From positions 1 to 39,252 of the forward strand of contig CAYRLT010000458.1 of the NCBI GenBank assembly GCA_964425095.1: a DNA stretch of 39,252 bases. Direction: 5' to 3'. This document shows, piece after piece, positions 30,148 to 39,252 of the stretch (positions are counted from its first letter, which is position 1; the number at the start of each line of letters is the position of its first letter). The stretch is from an uncultured Luteolibacter sp. Lineage in GTDB: Bacteria > Verrucomicrobiota > Verrucomicrobiia > Verrucomicrobiales > Akkermansiaceae. Both the position numbers and the translations under genes were made by a program. Below the pieces are notes generated by a model. The model did not search any database. It had not been told where the DNA came from and was given only the letters and a program-made list of their open reading frames with translations.

Positions 30148-32991
30148 ATGAGCGGTATGCCAGAAAACCAACTCGCTGCGGTCAATTCCATTGAAGTACA
30201 TGCGCGCAGCCCGGTTGAAGAAAAAATAGCTCTTTTCCGTTCACTTTTCCGTGGACGTGAGGATGTGTATCCACGTCGCTACGACAACCCGAAGTCTGGC
30301 AAATCCGGCTACGCTCCGGCATGCGGTAATGAATGGGTCCGCGGCATTTGTGAAAAACCGAAGGTCAAATGCGGTGTTTGTCCACACCGCGCATTTTTGC
30401 CTGTTACGGATGAAATGATCCGCTGTCATCTATCAGGAAAAGACAAGACCGGGAATGATTTTGTTGCCGGTGTTTATCCGATGCTCGTGGATGAGACATG
30501 TTATTTTCTCACCATGGATTTCGATAAGGAATCGTGGCAGGAAGACGTGCTAGCGGTGATGGAAACTTGCCGACGCTTGGTAATTTCGGCCGCGCTCGAG
30601 CGCTCACGTTCTGGCAACGGCGGGCATGTTTGGTTGTTTTTCAAAGACGCCGTTCCTGCGGTATTAGCTAGGAAGCTCGGATCGTTCATTCTCACGGAAA
30701 CGATGGAGCAAAGGCCGGAACTCGGCCTCGCCTCATACGACCGGCTTTTTCCGAATCAGGATACAATGCCCAAAGGAGGCTTCGGCAACCTGATCGCCCT
30801 GCCGATGCAGAAAGGCCCGCGGCAGAACAAGCACAGCATGTTTGTGGATGATACGCTCACTCCTTATCCTGATCCTTGGGCCTTTATCTCTTCAATCGAG
30901 CGCATGTCACGGGATCGAATCGATGCTCTCGTGCAAGATGCGGAGAGCCGTGGCCGCGTTGTTGGCGTGCGATACGCGCTCATGCAGGACGACGACGAAG
31001 TCGAGCCATGGAACAGCCCGCCTTCCCGTAGACATCGCGCTTCGCCCGTCGCCGGTGCTTTGCCTCAGAAGATTGAAGTAGTTCTTGGAAATCAGATTTA
31101 TCTAGCAAAAAACGATTTGCCACCAGCGCTCAGGAATAGGCTGGTGCGCCTTGCAGCATTCCAAAATCCGGAGTTTTACCGTGCCCAGGCCATGCGCCTT
31201 TCAACCTACGAAAAACCGCGGATTATCGCGTGTGCGGAAGATCTGACGGCGCATGTGGGTTTGCCGCGCGGTTGTTTTGAAGAGGTTATAGCGCTGCTTT
31301 CGGAACTGAAAATCAAACCGATCATCCGCGATGAGCGGGTGGCTGGAACACCCCAGGATTTCCATTTTGCCGGAACACTGCGTCCGGAGCAGGAGCAAGC
31401 CGTCACCGCAATGCTCGCGTCCGATTCCGGCGTGCTCTCTGCGACCACGGCTTTCGGAAAAACCGTGGTTGCCGCCCATCTCATCGCGGCGCGCGGCGTG
31501 AATACGTTGATTCTGGTCCATCGCCAGCAGCTGCTGGAACAATGGGTAGAGCGCCTCGCGTTCTTCCTCGGTCTACCTGAAAAAACCATCGGGAGACTCG
31601 GCGGAGGTCACAAAAAACTCAATGGCGTGATCGACGTCGCCTTGATTCAAAGCCTTGTGCGTAAGGGTGTGGTTGATGATCGGGTGGCGGACTATGGACA
31701 TTTGATTGTCGATGAATGCCACCACCTATCAGCAAGCAGTTTCGAGTTGGTGGCTCGCCGAGCCAAGGCTCGTTATGTGCTCGGTCTATCCGCTACCGTG
31801 GCGCGCAAGGATGGCCACCATCCAATCATTTTTATGCAATGCGGCCCCGTCCGCCACCGGGTGGATGCCAAGCAACAGGCGGACGCCCGGCCATTTTCCC
31901 ATCATGTCATCGTCCGTCCCACCGGACTCCGCTCGACCGCCGAGCCAGATTCCGACCGCCGGATCGAATACCAAAGCCTTTGTGCGGAAATAATCCGCTC
32001 ACATCCGCGCAATCTCATGATCCGCGATGATGTTATTTCCGCCCTTAACGAGGGACGCTCGCCACTGGTTCTCACCGAACGGACAGAGCACGTAATGACA
32101 CTAACTGATTTAATTTGCCCGCACGCAAGCCACCTGATCGTGCTGCAGGGTGGCATGGGACGTAAGAGTTTGCGGGAAGCACTCGGACAACTCGCCGCCG
32201 TGCCAGAAAACGAGTCACGGGTCGTCATCGCGACCGGCAAGTTCGTCGGCGAAGGTTTCGACGACTCGCGTCTCGACACCCTTTTTCTAACGATGCCCGT
32301 TTCGTGGCGTGGCATTATCGCTCAGTATGCCGGGCGCCTCCATCGTCTACATGATGGCAAGTGCGAGGTCAGGGTTCACGACTATGCCGATCTGGATATT
32401 CCGATGCTTTCTCGCATGTTCGACAAGCGTTGTTCAGGTTACGAGGCCGTCGGTTACACAATCCTTCTGCCCGCCAGTGCTTTACCCGGCTGGCCGAGCG
32501 AGGCGCCTCTGCCCATCGATCCTGTTTGGAAACAGGACTATTCCGCGAGCGTCCGTCGCTTGATTCGTGATGGCGTGGACGCCCCCCTCGGAAATCTGTT
32601 TGTCAGTGCGGCGCGGACTAACAACGATGAAAATCGAGCTCGCAGTGCCTCCGAAGCATTTCTTTTCAAACGTCTTGAATCCTTGCCGGAAACCGTCGGC
32701 CTTTTCCGCCTCAACACCAAACTTGCGATCCCTTTCGATGGCTGGAGCGAAATGGAAATCGATCTCTTCTCCGCCGATCTCAAACTCGCCATCGAGATCG
32801 ACGGACCACAACACCTTGTCGATCCAGCGGCTTACCGCCGTGATCGCCGCAAGGGTGCCCTGCTTCAGCAAAGCGGATTTCTCGTCCTGCGCTTTCTAAC
32901 TGAAGATCTTGGCAAGCACTTGGACGCGACGCTAGACGCTATTCTTCGCATTGTCGCTCACCAGCAGCGTCTGAGCAGGGAATCGATTTAG
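30148..32991 (+). CDS. AEP primase-like (TOTE-type) + SF2 DExH helicase + DUF559 endonuclease fusion; putative defence protein
   Basis: AEP: MDFD, ERSRSGNGGHVW, GNLIALP. Helicase: ATTAFGKT, VDECHH, GLSAT, GEGFD, QYAGRL. Nuclease: AIEIDGPQH...RRDRRK...VLRF. Confidence 0.85.
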   Translation: MSGMPENQLAAVNSIEVHARSPVEEKIALFRSLFRGREDVYPRRYDNPKSGKSGYAPACGNEWVRGICEKPKVKCGVCPHRAFLPVTDEMIRCHLSGKDKTGNDFVAGVYPMLVDETCYFLTMDFDKESWQEDVLAVMETCRRLVISAALERSRSGNGGHVWLFFKDAVPAVLARKLGSFILTETMEQRPELGLASYDRLFPNQDTMPKGGFGNLIALPMQKGPRQNKHSMFVDDTLTPYPDPWAFISSIERMSRDRIDALVQDAESRGRVVGVRYALMQDDDEVEPWNSPPSRRHRASPVAGALPQKIEVVLGNQIYLAKNDLPPALRNRLVRLAAFQNPEFYRAQAMRLSTYEKPRIIACAEDLTAHVGLPRGCFEEVIALLSELKIKPIIRDERVAGTPQDFHFAGTLRPEQEQAVTAMLASDSGVLSATTAFGKTVVAAHLIAARGVNTLILVHRQQLLEQWVERLAFFLGLPEKTIGRLGGGHKKLNGVIDVALIQSLVRKGVVDDRVADYGHLIVDECHHLSASSFELVARRAKARYVLGLSATVARKDGHHPIIFMQCGPVRHRVDAKQQADARPFSHHVIVRPTGLRSTAEPDSDRRIEYQSLCAEIIRSHPRNLMIRDDVISALNEGRSPLVLTERTEHVMTLTDLICPHASHLIVLQGGMGRKSLREALGQLAAVPENESRVVIATGKFVGEGFDDSRLDTLFLTMPVSWRGIIAQYAGRLHRLHDGKCEVRVHDYADLDIPMLSRMFDKRCSGYEAVGYTILLPASALPGWPSEAPLPIDPVWKQDYSASVRRLIRDGVDAPLGNLFVSAARTNNDENRARSASEAFLFKRLESLPETVGLFRLNTKLAIPFDGWSEMEIDLFSADLKLAIEIDGPQHLVDPAAYRRDRRKGALLQQSGFLVLRFLTEDLGKHLDATLDAILRIVAHQQRLSRESI

Positions 32992-33005
32992 CCTGGTAAC
33001 CGATA

Positions 33006-36000
33006 TCAGACGGAAACCGCTTCGCCGTGTCTCACGGAGATGAGTGAGCATACGACTTCGGCATTCGGGTGGATGGATTGCATCACTTGGCGGTAGGAAT
33101 GCATTTGCCCTTGGTATCGTTCCACGAGATCGGCGGGTTTTTCGACCGCATCGGTTTTGTAGTCGATGATCTCGATCCGCATCACTTTTCCGTTAGTGTC
33201 CTGATGCAGATGGAGTCGATCGATCACGCCGGTGAGCAGTTTACCATCGTGGATGATATCGGCGCCTTGTTCGCGGAATAGTTCGATATTGCGACCGGCT
33301 CTTTGGAAAATCGGAGACAATGTCGGATTTTGAAGGATTCTTCTAACGGACTTTCCGGCATCGCTGTCCGGAAGATTCGGCGTGGATTCATCGGTCCAAG
33401 TGATTTGCTCAAGGAGCGCATGCACTTCGGTGCCGAATTGCATGCCGGTGCTTGAATGAGGAATGGTCGTGGATTTCGATTTGGCTCCACTTGGGGTTTG
33501 TCGCCCACGTCGCGGAGTGGCGGCGGCAGGAATCTTGAATGGCTGTGGTTTATTGCTTGATTCCGAAATGGGAATCATTCCGATCCAATCATCATCGCCT
33601 GATTGATAGAGAACGCCGGGTTCTTTCGAATCACCGATGGAGCGAGTGAGCCAGTTGGAAAGTGATGGTTTATCAGGCTCGCTGGATTTTGAAGCGGGTT
33701 CCAGCAGCACATAGAGGCCGCGTTTTGCCCGGGTGAGCGCGACATAGAGCATGCAAAACGCCTCGTAGCGTTGGCCGGTGCTCCAGCGTTCTTCCGCCTC
33801 ACGGAGTTCCGGAATCATCGCCCTCGCCCACTTGGGAGGTGTCTGGGTGAGCCATGCGTCACCCTCGGCCACCTCGAAATATTGAGCCTGTGGCACACTG
33901 TCGCTGGGGATATCCGGAAGGATCACGACGTCGAAACCAAGACCTTTTGCCTTGTGGATCGTCATGACTTGCACGGCGGCAATACCAGGGCTTTGAGTGA
34001 ATTCGAGGCGCTCCATCCAGTCGGCGGCGTCCTTGGCGGAAACTCCGTCCTGATGATCGAGTGCGGCGAGTCCAGCAAGGAGATCGCCCGCGCGGCGGCG
34101 ACCGAAGTCCGACCAGTCGGTCCACAATGGATCGATCCATCTGCCGATGGAGGCCGCATATCCCGAGAGAGATATTTCACGAGTGAGATTTTCCCAGATA
34201 TCGCGCCATGAGTGATCGGGCGTTGAGTGGAGGGCCTCTGCTAGAGGTGACATTTCGATCACTCTGCGGGCGAATTGGTCCGCTGGGTCGGCCAACCATT
34301 TCAAGAGATTGGTGATTAGAATTCCGACGGGATTGTCTTTTCCGGGTTGTCTGCGTCCTTCCTCGATCACATCGAAGCCACGGGCTCTGAGGTCATCGGC
34401 GACTTGCCGGGCTTTTTCATTCCCGCGCAGCAATACGCCGCAGGTCATGGCGCGTTCACCGACGCCGAGTTCGTGGAGAATTTCGCCGAGTCTTTCGAGT
34501 CGCTGTTCCCAATCCCCGACCATTTCGACGCGTGCTTGCCCGCGTTTTTCGGGTTTCGCCAAGGGTTTCGCCGGAAAGTGATCCTGCCACTCCCACTGTT
34601 TCGCCACATCGCCGAAAAGCTCGTTCAGCGTGGTGAGATCCCCACAAACCCGATTGACCAATGCGAGGACCTCCGGGCATGAACGCCAGGATTCCGCCAT
34701 GGGGGCGATCTCAAGACCATGGCCGTAATGCGAGATCACCTCGTCAAACAGGCCTACATCTCCACCGCGCCAGGCGTAGATGGCTTGTTTGCGGTCACCG
34801 ACGATGAACATCGTACTTTCGTCGTTGGTTGCCGCTTCGTCCACGAGTGGCAGCAGGCCCATCCAGTCCGCGCGGCTGGTATCCTGAAATTCATCCAACA
34901 ACCAATGATCGATGCGGGCGTCCAAGCGGAAATCCACCGCCTCGCGCCGCAAGCGCGAATCCTCGTTGGCGGCCCATTCTCCCATGAGGATTTTGACATC
35001 GTTGAATCCGAGCATGCCCTTGCTACGGAGGCGTTTCGCACAAAGCGCATCGAACATGGCAATCACTTCTCTAACCGCCCTAGTCCGCAGCAAAGCGGCG
35101 GAGAATTCACATTGCGCTGCCAGCTCGACCATCGCGCTCAAGGCTTCGCCTGTCGGTCCGCCAATGGTGAATTCCTTGTAGAATTTTACGATCAATGGCT
35201 GGTTAGGGTGGGTCGCCGCAGCGAGGATGCTCTCCATGAGGCCGGAGATGCCGCTGCCAAGGCTGCCGCCGCCGATGACATGATTTCCCAAGTTGAAGAT
35301 CTCTTTTTCAAGTGCCTCGCGTTGGCCTTTGCGGGTGTAGTCGAGATCATCGAGTCCGCGCAAAACCTGCGCTGCCAATCCGGATTTTTGTTTGCTCCAA
35401 TCATCCGGGCTGACGGTGGCGATGGCTGCGGGTCCCCATTCGAGTTCCGGTGCTTCGCGATAGCGGCCATGCCAGCGGGTGACGAAGGCGCGCAGGGAGT
35501 TGATGACGGTTTGATCCTCTTTGCCGATGGTCGCCCGACGGAAGGCATGGAAAAATTCTTGGCCGGCCTCATTTGCCAGCACATCGCTGAGGATTCCGGA
35601 CAGGATTTCATCCGTCATCACGGCAGCTCGAGGGCCTTCGAGTAGGTCGAATTTTCCGCCCGTGAGGCCGAGTTCATATTGGAAACTCCGGATGATTCTG
35701 GAGAAAAACCCGTCCATGGTCCCCAAGGTGATGCGCGGCAAGGCTTGCACCACTTTGCTCAGCGCTTGTTTGAAATCAGCCCCGGGGATGCCCAGCTCTT
35801 CACGCAGATTGGCGGCAGATTGCGCTTCGGCGGCGGCCTCCGCCAATTTGGTCAGCACGGAATCCGCGAATTCCCCGGCGGCCTTGCGGGTGAAGGTCAA
35901 GGCGACGATCCGCTCCGGTTCGGCACCGTGCGCGACCAAGCCGATGATCCGGTTGCCGAGTTGGAAGGTTTTACCCGATCCGGCGGAAGCCAGAATGAGC

Positions 36001-36023
36001 AAGTTTTTCGCCAGAATGTCCAT
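33006..36023 (-). CDS. addA: UvrD-type helicase/RecB-family nuclease (AddA-like)
   Basis: Motifs ASAGSGKT, LTFTRKAA, LDEFQDTS, VGDRKQAIYAWRG, MTIHKAKGL and LYVALTRAK. C-terminal GVIDRL...IIDYKT nuclease. Confidence 0.88.
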   Translation of the reverse strand: MDILAKNLLILASAGSGKTFQLGNRIIGLVAHGAEPERIVALTFTRKAAGEFADSVLTKLAEAAAEAQSAANLREELGIPGADFKQALSKVVQALPRITLGTMDGFFSRIIRSFQYELGLTGGKFDLLEGPRAAVMTDEILSGILSDVLANEAGQEFFHAFRRATIGKEDQTVINSLRAFVTRWHGRYREAPELEWGPAAIATVSPDDWSKQKSGLAAQVLRGLDDLDYTRKGQREALEKEIFNLGNHVIGGGSLGSGISGLMESILAAATHPNQPLIVKFYKEFTIGGPTGEALSAMVELAAQCEFSAALLRTRAVREVIAMFDALCAKRLRSKGMLGFNDVKILMGEWAANEDSRLRREAVDFRLDARIDHWLLDEFQDTSRADWMGLLPLVDEAATNDESTMFIVGDRKQAIYAWRGGDVGLFDEVISHYGHGLEIAPMAESWRSCPEVLALVNRVCGDLTTLNELFGDVAKQWEWQDHFPAKPLAKPEKRGQARVEMVGDWEQRLERLGEILHELGVGERAMTCGVLLRGNEKARQVADDLRARGFDVIEEGRRQPGKDNPVGILITNLLKWLADPADQFARRVIEMSPLAEALHSTPDHSWRDIWENLTREISLSGYAASIGRWIDPLWTDWSDFGRRRAGDLLAGLAALDHQDGVSAKDAADWMERLEFTQSPGIAAVQVMTIHKAKGLGFDVVILPDIPSDSVPQAQYFEVAEGDAWLTQTPPKWARAMIPELREAEERWSTGQRYEAFCMLYVALTRAKRGLYVLLEPASKSSEPDKPSLSNWLTRSIGDSKEPGVLYQSGDDDWIGMIPISESSNKPQPFKIPAAATPRRGRQTPSGAKSKSTTIPHSSTGMQFGTEVHALLEQITWTDESTPNLPDSDAGKSVRRILQNPTLSPIFQRAGRNIELFREQGADIIHDGKLLTGVIDRLHLHQDTNGKVMRIEIIDYKTDAVEKPADLVERYQGQMHSYRQVMQSIHPNAEVVCSLISVRHGEAVSV

Positions 36024-36116
36024 TTCTGGTGATCATCCTGAGGTGTTCGGCGAAACTCTGGAACTCAGAAATCCAGAAATCGACGCTTTAGTTTGCCGGA
36101 TGAAACGCGGGCGAGA

Positions 36117-36635
36117 TTAGCGCCTCGGAATCACCAATGATTGGCCGGGCCGGATCATGGTGCCGGAAATGCTGTTGGCGCTGCGGATCGCGGAAACCGA
36201 TGAGCCAGTGCGGCTGGCGATCGCCGACAAACTGTCGCCCTTTTTCACTACATAGCGGCTCGACTTTGGCTTCGGCTTGGAGGCTGGCTTCGGTTTGGCG
36301 GCGCTTGGCTTGGGTTGGGAGCTGTCCACTTTGGCCGTCTGCACTTTGGTGGTGGCAAATGGCTCACGCGACGAAACTTTGGGGGCCCCCAGCGGATTGG
36401 CGTTGGCTGGCGGCTCTTCGGTTTTTGCGACGACTGGCAGATCATCGGTCCGCTGTCGGCTGCCAGGTCTGCTCCATTTAGACGGATCGTCGGCCCAGGC
36501 GTCCACATAGTCGCCCCGGCTGTTGAAAGGCCCGGTCCCGTGCGGACCGCCCGAGAAGGATGTTTTGTTACCAGTGCATCCGGTCAGGATGAGGACGAGG
36601 GCAGAGAGAGCTGGAAGCCAATTGGCTGAATTCAT
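36117..36635 (-). CDS. LysM-domain lipoprotein
   Basis: Lipobox LTGC, Pro/Lys linker and LysM YVVKKGDSLSAIA...IRPGQSLVIP. Confidence 0.88.
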   Translation of the reverse strand: MNSANWLPALSALVLILTGCTGNKTSFSGGPHGTGPFNSRGDYVDAWADDPSKWSRPGSRQRTDDLPVVAKTEEPPANANPLGAPKVSSREPFATTKVQTAKVDSSQPKPSAAKPKPASKPKPKSSRYVVKKGDSLSAIASRTGSSVSAIRSANSISGTMIRPGQSLVIPRR

Positions 36636-36801
36636 ACGGGAATGATGAAGTATTTGTCGGGTTTGGCAACGCCTCGTTGACTAAGGTAATCCATTTTTCC
36701 AAAAAACCGACTGAGAACGGGAAATCGCCGTCTCCACGGGTCACTTCGTTCTTGCTTGGAGCGGCCGTAGATGGCAGTCATTTCTCAGCCAAGAGGGCCG
36801 A

Positions 36802-36874
36802 GGGGCATTAGCTCAGTTGGTAGAGCGCTTCGTTCGCAATGAAGAGGTCAGGAGTTCGAATCTCCTATGCTCCA
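36802..36874 (+). tRNA. tRNA-Ala (anticodon CGC); CCA not encoded
   Basis: Acceptor GGGGCAT/ATGCTCC with G3:U70, D arm GCTC/GAGC, anticodon CGC at 36835-36837, T arm AGGAG-TTCGAAT-CTCCT. Discriminator A is followed by CCC. Confidence 0.96.
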
Positions 36875-36890
36875 CCCCCCGGCCGCTCCG

Positions 36891-38336
36891 CTATCCTGCC
36901 GCCAATTTGCGGGCCATCTGCGGAAATAGCAAAATATGAAATGGCAGGACCGCCAGCCAATACAGTCGGCCCAATAATCCTTGTGGCCGGAATGTGGCCG
37001 TTTGGCGCAGTCCGGGTTTTCCGTCCGGCATGTCTTCCAGTGCGAATTCCAGCCATGCCTCACCCGGCAGCCTCATCTCCGCGTAAAGGATCAACCGGCC
37101 TTTCGCGTGATCCGCCAGTAAGACGCGCCAAAAATCCAATGAATCGCCCGGACGAAGCTCCCTCGGATGCCGCCGACCGCGGCGGATGCCGATGCCGCCG
37201 GAGAACTTGTCCATCATACCGCGGAGTTTCCACGCCCAGTTCATCGAGGGCCAACCATTCGTGCCACCAATCGACCAGATGCGGGCGATCACTTCTTCGC
37301 GCGTTGCGGTGAGATGCACCGTTTGAAAATCGGTGAAAACGCCGTGTTCAGGGACCTTTACCGCATCAAAGAGCTTCGGGTCGAGGGTGCCGGCAGCTAG
37401 AGAATCAATCCAACTCGATGGCACATGGTTCTGCGCGATCTTTGCCAGCGCTCGTTCGACGGCCTCCCGGTAAGTTAATAGTTCGAGTGGAATGATTTCC
37501 CTAATTTTGAAATCATGACACACCGTTTCATGAGTCAGCGAATCCACCAGCGCGCGGGCGAGAGGAAACGAGGTGGAGGTGAGCAGGCACAACCAAGCCG
37601 ATGACAAGCGCGGACTCAACAAGCGGGTGGGAAGGAAGATGCGCCGCAATCCCCGCACTTCACAGTAACCCTTGATCAACTCCAAATAACTCATCACCTC
37701 GGGGCCACCGATATCATAGGAAAAACCGGTGGTTTCGGGATGCCGCGCAACCTCAGTTAGATATTCCAGGACATTGCGGACGGCGATCGGTTGGCAGTGA
37801 GTATGGACCCAGCGCGGCGTGACGAGCACCGGCAGTTTTTCCGCTAGATCACGGATGATTTCAAATGAGGCCGAACCCGATCCGACGATGATCGAAGCGC
37901 GCAGAGCGGTCAGCGGCACTCGAGACTCACGAAGGATGTGCTCCACTCTGAGGCGGGACGCGAGGTGCTCGGAAAGCGGACCATCTTCTGCTACGAGTCC
38001 ACCCAGATAGATGATGCGTTTCCATCCCGATGCCAACGCCGCATCTGAGAAGTTCCGTGCGCAACGTTCCTCGCGCTCCGCGAAATCGCCGCCGGATCCC
38101 ATCGAATGAATCAAGTAATACGCCGCGTCCAGATCACGCGGCAAATGGGTGAGCGACTGCGCATCCAGAAAATCCGCCTCTTCAACATGCAGCCGATTTT
38201 CCTCCGCCGCATATTCGGCCGCGGGAAACCTCCGCTGGTCCCGCACCACGGCCGTGATCTCATGACCCGCGTCGAGCAACGTCCGGATCAACCGAAACCC
38301 GATGTAGCCATTGGCACCGCTGACGAGGACATGCAT
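36891..38336 (-). CDS. YbjT-like atypical SDR (NAD-binding) with C-terminal DUF2867
   Basis: Motifs SGANGYIG, AYYLIHSM, HLASR, GSGSASFE, DFWRV, AEMRLPGEAWLEF and GLLGRLYW. Confidence 0.87.
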   Translation of the reverse strand: MHVLVSGANGYIGFRLIRTLLDAGHEITAVVRDQRRFPAAEYAAEENRLHVEEADFLDAQSLTHLPRDLDAAYYLIHSMGSGGDFAEREERCARNFSDAALASGWKRIIYLGGLVAEDGPLSEHLASRLRVEHILRESRVPLTALRASIIVGSGSASFEIIRDLAEKLPVLVTPRWVHTHCQPIAVRNVLEYLTEVARHPETTGFSYDIGGPEVMSYLELIKGYCEVRGLRRIFLPTRLLSPRLSSAWLCLLTSTSFPLARALVDSLTHETVCHDFKIREIIPLELLTYREAVERALAKIAQNHVPSSWIDSLAAGTLDPKLFDAVKVPEHGVFTDFQTVHLTATREEVIARIWSIGGTNGWPSMNWAWKLRGMMDKFSGGIGIRRGRRHPRELRPGDSLDFWRVLLADHAKGRLILYAEMRLPGEAWLEFALEDMPDGKPGLRQTATFRPQGLLGRLYWLAVLPFHILLFPQMARKLAAG

Positions 38337-38387
38337 GCACGGATTCTAGCGCGGTTGGAGAAATTTGCTGCCGCAAAATTCAGGAAA

Positions 38388-39023
38388 TCATGGGACATCG
38401 ATCCGCGCGGCTTCCAAGGCGGCTCGGGTCAGGCGGGTGATTTCCGCCCATTTGCCAGCATTGACCAGCGCCTTGTCCACCATCCATGAGCCGCCGATCG
38501 CGGCGACGACGGGGAGTTTCAGATAGGACGTGAGGTTGGCGGAGGAGACACCGCCGGTGGGGATGAATTTGACGCCGGTGTGAGCGTATGGACCGGCCAA
38601 GGACTTGAGCATGTCCACGCCGCCGGCGGCCTCGGCGGGGAAAAACTTCAGCAACTTGCACCCGAGCGAGAGCGCTTGTTCGACTTCGCTGGGAGTCATC
38701 ACACCGGGCGAGAATTGCAGGCCGATTTCTTGGGCGGCGGCGACGATTTCCGGATTGAGGCCCGGTGCCAAGCCGAAGACGGCTCCGGCGTTTTTTGCGC
38801 GTTTGACTTGGTCTTTTTCAAGTAAGGTGCCGGCGCCCAAAAGGATCTCCGGAAAACGGGCGGCGATGCGTTGGATGGACTCCTCCGCAGCGGCGGTGCG
38901 AAAGGTGATCTCCATGATGTCGAGCCCACCTGCTAGAAGCGCCTCGGCCAGGGGCTCGGCGGATTCTACAGAATCAAGGACGACGACAGGAACAATGCGT
39001 TTGGCGAGGATGCGATGGATCAT
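38388..39023 (-). CDS. eda: KDPG/KHG aldolase
   Basis: Motifs MEITFRT, GAGT, PGVMTPSE, LKFFPAE, FIPTGGV and GGSW. Confidence 0.93.
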   Translation of the reverse strand: MIHRILAKRIVPVVVLDSVESAEPLAEALLAGGLDIMEITFRTAAAEESIQRIAARFPEILLGAGTLLEKDQVKRAKNAGAVFGLAPGLNPEIVAAAQEIGLQFSPGVMTPSEVEQALSLGCKLLKFFPAEAAGGVDMLKSLAGPYAHTGVKFIPTGGVSSANLTSYLKLPVVAAIGGSWMVDKALVNAGKWAEITRLTRAALEAARIDVP

Positions 39024-39137
39024 GGCTCGATGAGTTCGAGCAAGATATTAAGGCAAAAATGTCCTATCACCAAGCAAATGCGGAGATGCCGGAAAACTTC
39101 CATCATTCCTTCCACCTCAGGGCATCGTTGTTATGGC

Positions 39138-39252
39138 TTATGGCAGCGCTTTGATGAACATTTCCTTATAATGCACCACACTCTTCGGGTCGTGACCTTG
39201 GATGGCGATGGTGCCTTCTCCGAGCTTTCGGCCGGGCATGCCTTTGAGGGAT
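39138..39252 (-). CDS. 3' end of a DUF1080 (3-keto-disaccharide hydrolase-like) gene, partial
   Basis: The minus strand reads ...MPGRKLGEGTIAIQGHDPKSVVHYKEMFIKALP* (TAA at 39140-39138), matching the family's GxIxLQxHD...Y..I.I end. Confidence 0.75.
   Translation of the reverse strand, partial: SLKGMPGRKLGEGTIAIQGHDPKSVVHYKEMFIKALP

Noticed and set aside
34719-35645. 308-aa plus-strand ORF
   Set aside because: Antisense shadow of addA.

Overview
GC-rich bacterial chromosome segment, most likely Verrucomicrobiota (inferred from the Planctomycetes/Verrucomicrobia-type microcompartment locus, the PSCyt/DUF1549/DUF1553 + DUF1501 pair, GYF_2, DUF3500 and dapL). From left to right: a TPR-like gene broken by an in-frame TAG, an AT-rich lipoprotein gene and a vapBC module. 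Next is a divergent DeoR regulator and a PVM-type microcompartment (BMC) operon: PduL, 3 BMC-H, acyl kinase, 3 BMC-P, aldehyde dehydrogenase and class II aldolase. It has no lactate dehydrogenase gene and is followed by a TIM-barrel isomerase and a Gfo/Idh/MocA oxidoreductase. Then come dapL, DUF3500, a GYF_2 protein, a MenH-like hydrolase, DUF3817, carB, the cytochrome c/DUF1501 pair, two paralogous membrane proteins plus a 25-codon ORF, SOUL, NfeD-flotillin, an AEP-primase/SF2-helicase/DUF559 putative defence gene, addA, a LysM lipoprotein, tRNA-Ala(CGC), a YbjT-like SDR, eda and the 3' end of a DUF1080 gene. The most unusual signal is non-coding. Nearly every BMC-operon spacer carries short periodic (7, 8 or 9 nt) repeats, several arranged as inverted arms. 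One (CTGAAA)n block can pair with three (TTTCAG)n blocks that each sit just before a start codon, and it brackets one vertex-protein gene with a 27/28-bp inverted repeat. All family assignments come from motif recognition by eye, not database searches.
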